Under the pieces are notes generated by a model, which was not told the origin of the DNA, did not search any database, and worked only from the letters and a program-made list of their open reading frames with translations. DNA of 64,000 nucleotides, from positions 220,844,001 through 220,908,000 of the forward strand of contig NC_091288.1 in NCBI RefSeq assembly GCF_032444005.1. The letters run 5' to 3'. The DNA comes from Ranitomeya imitator (lineage: Eukaryota). Below are positions 59,457 through 64,000 of the stretch, in pieces (positions within the stretch are counted from its first letter, which is position 1; the number at the start of each line of letters is the position of its first letter). The translations under genes and the position numbers were made by a program.

Positions 59457-61732
59457 CCTAACCTGACAGTAATGACCTTCTCTGCGGGGACCCGAACCTG
59501 ACAGTAATGACCTTCTCTGCGGGGACCCTAACCTGACAGTAATGACCTTCTCTGCCGGGACCCTAACCTGACAGTAATGATCTTCTCTGCCGGGACCCTA
59601 ACCTGACAGTAATGACCTTCTCTGCCGGGACCCTAACCTGAGAGTAATGACCTTCTCTGCTGAGACCCTAACCTGACAGTAATGACCTTCTCTGCCGGGA
59701 CCCTAACCTGACAGTAATGACCTTTTCTGCCGAGACCCGAACCTGACAGTAATGACCTTCTCTGCGGGGACCCTAACCTGAGAGTAATGATCTTCTCTGC
59801 TGAGACCCTAACCTGACAGTAATGACCTTCTCTTTTGGGACCTTAACCTGACAGTAATGACCATCTCTGCGGGGACCCTAACCTGACAGTAATGACCATC
59901 TCTCCCGGGACCCTAACCTGACAGTAATGACCTTCTCTGCCGGGACCCTAACCTGAGAGTAATGACCATCTCTGCGGGGACCCTAACCTGACAGTAATGA
60001 CCATCTCGGCGGGGACCCTAACCTGACAGTAATGACCATCTCTGCCGGGACCCTAACCTGACAGTAATGACCTTCTCTGCCGGGACCCTAACCTGACAGT
60101 AATGACCATCTCTGCGGGGACCCTAACCTGACAGTAATGACCATCTCTGCCGGGACCCGAACCTGACAGTAATGACCTTCTCTGCGGGGACCCTAACCTG
60201 ACAGTAATGACCATCTCTGCCGGGACCCTAACCTGACAGTAATGACCTTCTCTGCCGGGACCCTAACCTGACAGTAATGACCTTCTCTGCGGGGACCCTA
60301 ACCTGACAGTAATGACCTTCTCTGCCGGGACCCTAACCTGACAGTAATGACCTTCTCTGCGGGGACCCGAACCTGACAGTAATGACCTTCTCTGCCGGGA
60401 CCCTAACCTGACAGTAATGACCTTCTCTGCGGGGACCCGAACCTGACAGTAATGACCTTCTCTGCCGGGACCCTAACCTGACAGTAATGACCTTCTCTGC
60501 GGGGACCCTAACCTGACAGTAATGACCTTCTCTGCCGGGACCCTAACCTGACAGTAATGATCTTCTCTGCTGAGACCCTAACCTGACAGTAATGACCTTC
60601 TCTTTTGGGACCCTAACCTGACAGTATTGACCTTCTCTGCTGGGACCCTAACCTGAGAGTAATGATCTTCTCTGCTGAGACCCTAACCTGACAGTAATGA
60701 CCTTCTCTTTTGGGACCCTAACCTGACAGTATTGACCTTCTCTGCTGGGACCCTAACCTGAGAGTAATGATCTTCTCTGCTGAGACCCTAACCTGACAGT
60801 AATGACCTTCTCTGCCGGGACCCTAACCTGACAGTAATGATCTTCTCTGCGGGTACCCTAACCTGACAGTAATGACCTTCTCTTTTGGGACCCTAACCTG
60901 ACAGTATTGACCTTCTCTGCTGGGACCCTAACCTGAGAGTAATGATCTTCTCTGCTGAGACCCTAACCTGACAGTAATGACCTTCTCTTTTGGGACCCTA
61001 ACCTGACAGTATTGACCTTCTCTGCTGGGACCCTAACCTGAGAGTAATGATCTTCTCTGCTGAGACCCTAACCTGACAGTAATGACCTTCTCTGCCGTGA
61101 CCCTAACCTGAGAATAATGACCTTCTCTGCTTGGACTCTAACCTGACAGTAATGATCTTCTCTGCTGGGACCCTAACCTGAGAGTAATGATCTTCTCTGC
61201 TGAGACCCTAACCTGACAGTAATGACCTTCTCTGCCGTGACCCTAACCTGAGAGTAATGACCTTCTCTGCCGTGACCCTAACCTGACAGTAATGATCTTC
61301 TCTGCTTGGACCCTAACCTGAGAGTAATGACCTTCTCTACCGGGACCCTAACCTGACAGTAATGATCTTCTCTGCTTGGACCCTAACCTGACAGTAATGA
61401 TCTTCTCTGCTTGGACCCTATCCTGACAGTAACAACCTTTTCTGCTGAGACCCTAACCTGACAGTAATGACCTTCTCTGCTGAGACCCTAACCTGAGAAT
61501 AATGACCTTCTCTGCTTGGACTCTAACCTGACAGTAATGATCTTCTCTGCTTGGACCCTAACCTGACAGTAATGATCTTCTCTGCTTGGACCCTATCCTG
61601 ACAGTAACGACCTTTTCTGCTGAGACCCTAACCTGACAGTAATGACCTTCTCTGCTGAGACCCTAACCTGAGAATAATGACCTTCTCTGCTTGGACCCTA
61701 ACCTGACAGTAATGACCTTCTCTGCTTGGACC
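59457..61732. repeat. 35-bp minisatellite, right block
   Basis: Same unit; variant trimers and increasing divergence toward the right end. Confidence 0.97.
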
Positions 61733-62031
61733 ATGTCATATATTCTATGTGTGCACATTATAGTGTTATGGAAGGCTGTTTTGATTTACTTGTTACATAT
61801 GGAGGTGGCTTCTCTTAGCTCACGCCTGTGCACATTTGTCTTTCTGTTTGGAAGTGATGATCAATCTTTTGATATTTGTAGTACAAGTATAAGAGGCACC
61901 GAAGCAGTAGCCATTATAGTATGTATGACATGGACCCGATATTATTTCAGCCTCTGTGACAACCTCTGTGACAACCACATCAGCGTACAAAGGCGCAGAA
62001 TAAACAGCCAGGACTTTGTCAGGCCGATATA

Positions 62032-62158
62032 CAATAAAACCTGGCACTCAACTTTGTATCTGGAAATGTGTTTTATTATCAGCAACAATGCTGATAATAA
62101 AACACATTTCCAAATGAAACACATTTCCAGATACAAAGTTGAGTGTCAGGTTTTATTG
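62032..62158. mobile_element. Small palindromic MITE with TA target (Tc1/mariner/pogo-type)
   Basis: TA|CAATAAAACCTG...CAGGTTTTATTG|TA; arms meet at a 4-nt loop (62085-62088); the right arm has a 17-bp tandem duplication. Confidence 0.7.
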
Positions 62159-63012
62159 TATATGACTAAGGTGTTGGAACCTACCTGAGCACCTCCAACA
62201 TACAGGCAGTGCACAAGTTTATAAATCAATTTGTCAGGCCGATGTCCTGAAATGTCCCGAGTGCTGGTCCCATGGACCTCAGGGTCAGCAAATTGGACCA
62301 GTGCTAAGAATTGGTGGAGGTTCTGAAGGTGTTTAGTCTTGTGCAGCCTCCAGTGTACCATCAGACAGGAAATTCAGCGCGGCCGGTGGCTTTGTCACAC
62401 TCATTTGGACCGGGTTCTGCTCCTGTGGGAAATCTTTACGTTTGTGAAAATGAATCAGGTGAGGATCAGTCGCAACGTTAATTCAGCTGCAGCTGATACC
62501 GATGATTAAATTGGTCATACCATCGGCCATACACCATAATGTGCACATTTGCCCCCGATATACTGTACATGTCCTGATATAAGTGCCCTCGATATCAAGT
62601 ATGTGTGCATCCCCCGCCGGATGTGCTATCATCTCTTATATGGGAGGACACTGTTAACCCTTCTCTGACAATCTTTGGTCCATCATCATCCAGATATCGT
62701 CACTAGAGAGGAGCGAATCTTCTGGAGTTCACATTCCTCAGCTTTGCTGAATTTTGCCACAAACTTTGATTTGCAGCAAATCAAATCGCTGTGAAATGAA
62801 AGTGCTACAAATCTTCCAATGATTCCAAGAAGAAAAGTCTAACCCTCTGACATCTCCTCACATTGCATCCAATGCCATTCTAGCACAGGTTTAGGAATAT
62901 GGAAGGCAAACTGCAGATTGATCCGATGGCGGAAACAATTCCACAAGAGTTTGATTGACATTAAATCAATTTGCTCAACTCCAACATTCTCCCCGAGCTC
63001 AGGAATCAATGC

Positions 63013-64000
63013 TAGTAACATAGTAACATAGTAACATAGTTAGTAAGGCTGAAAAAAGACATTTGTCCATCCAGTTCAGCCTATATTCCATCATAATAAA
63101 TCCCCAGATCTACGTCCTTCTACAGAACCTAATTGTATGATACAATATTGTTCTGCTCCAGGAAGACATCCAGGCCTCTCTTGAACCCCTCGACTGAGTT
63201 CGCCATCACCACCTCCTCAGGCAAGCAATTCCAGATTCTCACTGCCCTAACAGTAAAGAATCCTCTTCTATGTTGGTGGAAAAACCTTCTCTCCTCCAGA
63301 TGCAAAGAATGCCCCCTTGTGCCCGTCACCTTCCTTGGTATAAACAGATCCTCAGCGAGATATTTGTATTGTCCCCTTATATACTTATACATGGTTATTA
63401 GATCGCCCCTCAGTCGTCTTTTTTCCAGACTAAATAATCCTAATTTCACTAATCTATCTGGGTATTGTAGTTCTCCCATCCCCTTTATTAATTTTGTTGC
63501 CCTCCTTTGTACTCTCTCTAGTTCCATTATATCCTTCCTGAGCACCGGTGCCCAAAACTGGACACAGTACTCCATGTGCGGTCTAACTAGGGATTTGTAC
63601 AGAGGCAGTATAATGCTCTCATCATGTGTATCCAGACCTCTTTTAATGCATCCCATGATCCTGTTTGCCTTGGCAGCTGCTGCCTGGCACTGGCTGCTCC
63701 AGGTAAGTTTATTATTAACTAGGATCCCCAAGTCCTTCTCCCTGTCAGATTTACCCAGTGGTTTCCCATTCAGTGTGTAATGGTGATATTGATTCCTTCT
63801 TCCCATGTGTATAACCTTACATTTATCATTGTTAAACCTCATCTGCCACCTTTCAGCCCAAGTTTCCAACTTATCCAGATCCATCTGTAGCAGAATACTA
63901 TCTTCTCTTGTATTAACTGCTTTACATAGTTTTGTATCATCTGCAAATATCGATATTTTACTGTGTAAACCTTCTACCAGATCATTAATGAATATGTTGA
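63013..64000 (-). mobile_element. CR1 LINE 3' part, runs off the window
   Basis: Same RT C-terminal peptide as 49542-50300 (4 amino-acid differences in 251); (CATAGTAA)n tail at 63013-63040 on the plus strand. Confidence 0.95.

Noticed and set aside
57884-61732. Interstitial telomere (CCCTAA)
   Set aside because: Only one CCCTAACC per 35-bp unit; no tandem hexamers.

Overview
Vertebrate genomic DNA, most likely anuran (frog); this is an inference from the repeat families and was not checked against a database. The window is part of a tandem cluster of S1A trypsin-like serine protease genes of the prostasin/tryptase/PRSS27 type, embedded in young transposons and minisatellites. Genes reconstructed by hand from splice sites: (i) a 9-exon model at 13505-26435 (+) that would encode a ~620-aa protein with two complete protease domains and a hydrophobic GPI-type tail; (ii) a 5-exon single-domain gene at 33182-43244 (+, 319 aa); (iii) two further paralogous 43-nt signal-peptide first exons (2468-2510 minus; 55472-55514 plus) whose remaining exons were not found in the window. 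Mobile DNA: one apparently intact Ty3/Gypsy chromovirus (18374-24076) with a Tf1-type self-priming signature, several solo LTRs (one a three-level nest), three Tc1 remnants, a Penelope-like element with a 16-bp TSD and a candidate minimal hammerhead ribozyme, an L2 remnant, two near-identical CR1 3' ends, and MITEs. Roughly 14-15 kb is tandem repeat of six unit types (72, 34, ~40, 34-37, 23 and 35 bp). Top leads: the same 72-bp GATA-rich satellite sits directly behind three diverged paralogous first exons; the two-domain polyprotease; the self-priming chromovirus; and U3-A8 hammerhead motifs with covarying stems.
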